In this document: positions 61,240 to 64,000 of the stretch, piece after piece
Position numbering within the stretch: position 1 is the first letter of the stretch
Layout of the letters: every line of letters begins with the position of its first letter
Notes under the pieces: generated by a model
The model's input: the letters and a program-made list of their open reading frames with translations, nothing else
Told to the model about the DNA's origin: nothing
Database searches by the model: none
Position numbers and translations under genes: made by a program
From: Octopus sinensis
Lineage: Eukaryota
Direction of reading: 5' to 3'
Assembly: GCF_006345805.1 (NCBI RefSeq)
Contig: NC_043004.1
Span: forward strand, 92,132,001 to 92,196,000
DNA: 64,000 nucleotides

Positions 61240-61610
61240 ATAGCCATTCTACACTGCATTCAAAAGAAAGTCATAGAGCTGTTAGCGAAGGACTGGCTCA
61301 GCAACCCACTTCAACATCTAGCACAAAAACGTACTGTCTCGTCTCTCAGACTTTCATACCACAGTGGTCCTTGCTCTTAAGAATGCCATATCTAGCTAAG
61401 CCAAACTGCCGACCTTGTTGTCTTTTCTGCTAACTTCACCTCTATTCTGTTACTCCCCCAGACTCCTGCACGCACCAATATGCTAAATCATTTCTCCCTC
61501 AGCATCAATCTGCACCAACTTCAGGGATTTCCTTTCCATACATATTTTCTTTGCAGTCGTCAACGTAGCAACACTCAAGATGAACATCAACTGTATCAGG
61601 GAAGGCCTAC
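61240..61610 (+). pseudogene. Possible CR1/L2-type LINE 3' remnant
   Basis: NPLQHLAQKRTVSSLRLSY..GPCS...CTNFRDF...ATLKMNINC resembles L..RR.VASL..FY...G.CS...WN.LP...FK..IN. Confidence 0.4.
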
Positions 61611-61927
61611 CAAAAACATTCATCACAGTTCCTTCGCTTTTGGAAGCCGTTAAAAATGGCTATAGCTATAACAGCAACCAGCGACTGAACTACCATAGAA
61701 CGCTACAAAATATCAAAATTTACTACGAATTGCACCATGCGATCTTTAACAGAAGGAAGGATACATTAGACAATGTATCCTTATATAAAATGATTTGAAA
61801 AAAAAAACTGGTATGTTCACGACGGAAACCTCTTTGACCATAGACCAGCAAGAATAATAATAACAGCAAATTCTTTACGTTTGGTTATATTTAGACTAGC
61901 TTTAAGTTAAAATAAAAACCACAACTA

Positions 61928-63001
61928 TCAGGTCATCCCATAAGTACTGTCCAAATTTTGAATAAAGAAAACAAGTGATCAAATGTTATATTTAATTGAA
62001 ATTTAATCATCAATGTACTTTTTTCCCAACCAAGCTCTTCGATCTTCTGTGATGTGATCGTTGTAATGTGGGTGCGCGCATTGTCCTGCTGAAACATCAC
62101 TCCTTCCCGATTCAATGAATCGGGTCTTTTTTTCTTCAAAGCTTGGTTCAAACGCTCTAATTGCTGACAGTAGACTTGAGTATTGATTGTTGCATTCGGT
62201 GGTAACAATTCAAAGTGAATTACTCCTTTGCAATCCCACCAGATAGAGAGAAGAACCTTTTTCCCATAAAGTTCCCTTCTCGGTTGTGGTTGAGCCTTTT
62301 CCTTTTTACCAAGCCACTCTTTACGACGTTTAAAATTTCGATAGAAGATCCATTTTTCGTCACCAGTCACAAGTCTATCCAAAAAAGGTGAAATGAGTTC
62401 ACGAGAATGGAAAGAAGAGCAGATGTCAACTCGGGATTTGCGGTTGCTTTCGGACAATTCACGAGGCACTCATTTTCCAAGTTTAGGAATCTTTCCAAGT
62501 TGTTGAAGATGATGATGAACAGTTGTATGATTTGAACTAAGCTTCAATGCTAATTCTTCAACTGATAATGCAGGATTTTCTTCAAGTAATGCCTCAAGGA
62601 GCTTATCATCAAACTCAACAGGACGTCCTGTTCGATCTTCATCTTCAAGGTTGAAACCTCCACTTCTGAATTTTGCAAACTGTCTTCTGCAATTTCTTTA
62701 ATTCAAGCTTTCTTTCTCATAAACTGAGTGTATGTTTCGAGTCGCTTCGGCTGCAGAGTTTCCTTTTTTGTACTCATAAAACATTATGTGTTTCAAATGC
62801 TCTTTGGATACTTCCATGTTAGAAAGGATTTTAATCAAAGAATTTTTAATACTGTTATTCTGTAAGATAATATTTAATTACTTTAAATGTACACAACTGC
62901 ATAAAAGTAATTTTAAATTCCATTAGACTTTCTAAAATATTATTAAATTTCATTGAATTTTAAAAAAGGTAAAATCGGACAGAATTTATGGGATGAACTA
63001 A
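61928..63001 (-). mobile_element. Mariner transposon with both TIRs and an internal deletion of the transposase C-terminus
   Basis: 31-bp TIRs (25/31 matching by eye) at 61928-61958 and 62971-63001; TA at 61926-61927 and TG on the other side. ATG at 62817. Motifs GK*VPREL, LVTGDEKW, VLLSIWWDCKG and QQDNA present; YSPDLAP segment absent. Confidence 0.92.
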
Positions 63002-63469
63002 TGTAACAATTACGGTAAAAATATCAACAATGACAACAGCAGAAGAAACAAGAAAGTAAACATCAACAATAACAATATTAGCAGGGTTCCAGCAAAAGTT
63101 ATTAAGACAACAACACTAAAAAATCCAACAAAAACAGGCAGTATAGGTGCAGCAGAACCACGAAGAACAGCTGCAGCCATGACGATAAATAACAACTGCA
63201 ACAACAAAGTCAACAACCACGATGACTAGAACAGCAGTATTAACAAAAACTGCAACAAATCCATTAAACTGACACTAAATTTTAATTAACTCGAGACAAT
63301 GGGCATTATAGCAACAGCGCCAGCAACGACACATCGAGAGTAATAATGAGGGGCGATAATTGAGGAGATATGAACAGTAAAAATTACACAAACGGGGAGT
63401 GTCTTCACAGAATAAATTTTGAAATAAATAGATATGAAGAAAAAAAAAACAGTATATAAATGTACGACA

Positions 63470-63493
63470 ACGACGACAATAACAGCAACAACA

Positions 63494-63528
<35 letters not shown>

Positions 63529-63541
63529 AACAACAACAACA

Positions 63542-63591
<50 letters not shown>

Positions 63592-63600
63592 GATAATAAA
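63470..63600. repeat. (GAT)n(AAC)n(AAT)n microsatellite
   Basis: Direct inspection. Confidence 0.9.
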
Positions 63601-63769
63601 ATGGAAACCATAAATAACCTTGAAGATTGGAAACAAGACTACGGTTATTTAGTGATAAATCACAAGGAGGGGTGTGGCTTATCAGAATTGGTTGAGCAAC
63701 AAGCAAAAGGTTTTGCGCTATTTAGTTATATATTTTTCTGTTCTCTTTACAAATTCTTCCGAGGTCTAG

Positions 63770-63818
63770 ATCGCCGTTCAGTCTTTCAAGGGAGAAAAAC
63801 TGAAAGAAGCCCGTCGTA

Positions 63819-63873
<55 letters not shown>

Positions 63874-64000
63874 TGTGTGTGAGTGTGTGTATGTGTCAGT
63901 GTGTGTGTTTGTGTTGGTGTGCGTGTGTCCACTAACGTTTGACAACCGGTACTGGTTTCTGTCTCCGTAACTTAGCGATTCGGTAAAAAGACAACGATAG
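63770..64000 (+). mobile_element. Family-A SINE (5'-truncated, runs off the window end)
   Basis: 'aactgaaagaagcccgtcgtatgtgtg' then 'ttgacaaccggtactgg...cttagcgattcggtaaaaag'. Confidence 0.75.

Overview
AT-rich, repeat-dominated eukaryotic genomic DNA. The repeat families and extreme microsatellite load point to an octopus/coleoid cephalopod (inference). Only one host coding feature is supported: the first coding exon (29689-30004, +) of a Shaw/Kv3-like voltage-gated K+ channel (T1 domain). No second exon is recognisable downstream, so the remaining ~34 kb, which contains a 100-N gap, is probably intron. Autonomous-element remnants include a decayed near-full-length R4/Dong-type RLE LINE ending in (TAA)n, three further Dong-like fragments, RTE, CR1 and L1/Tx1 fragments, and two mariner relics. 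A mariner-type MITE pair and a non-autonomous Helitron are also present. There are dozens of SINEs, labelled A-F here as working names. Most interesting: (1) two tRNA-derived SINE heads recombined with five different tails, some chimeras carrying their own target-site duplications; (2) minimal hammerhead-ribozyme motifs in short elements; (3) a 162-bp loop-less palindrome and inverted SINE pairs in the putative channel intron; (4) a recurrent SINE trimer and a microsatellite-carrying SINE; (5) a ~7-kb SINE-free zone upstream of the channel exon. Nearly all other ORFs in the track are microsatellite artefacts. All alignments were made by eye, and element boundaries are approximate unless a TSD or TIR is given.
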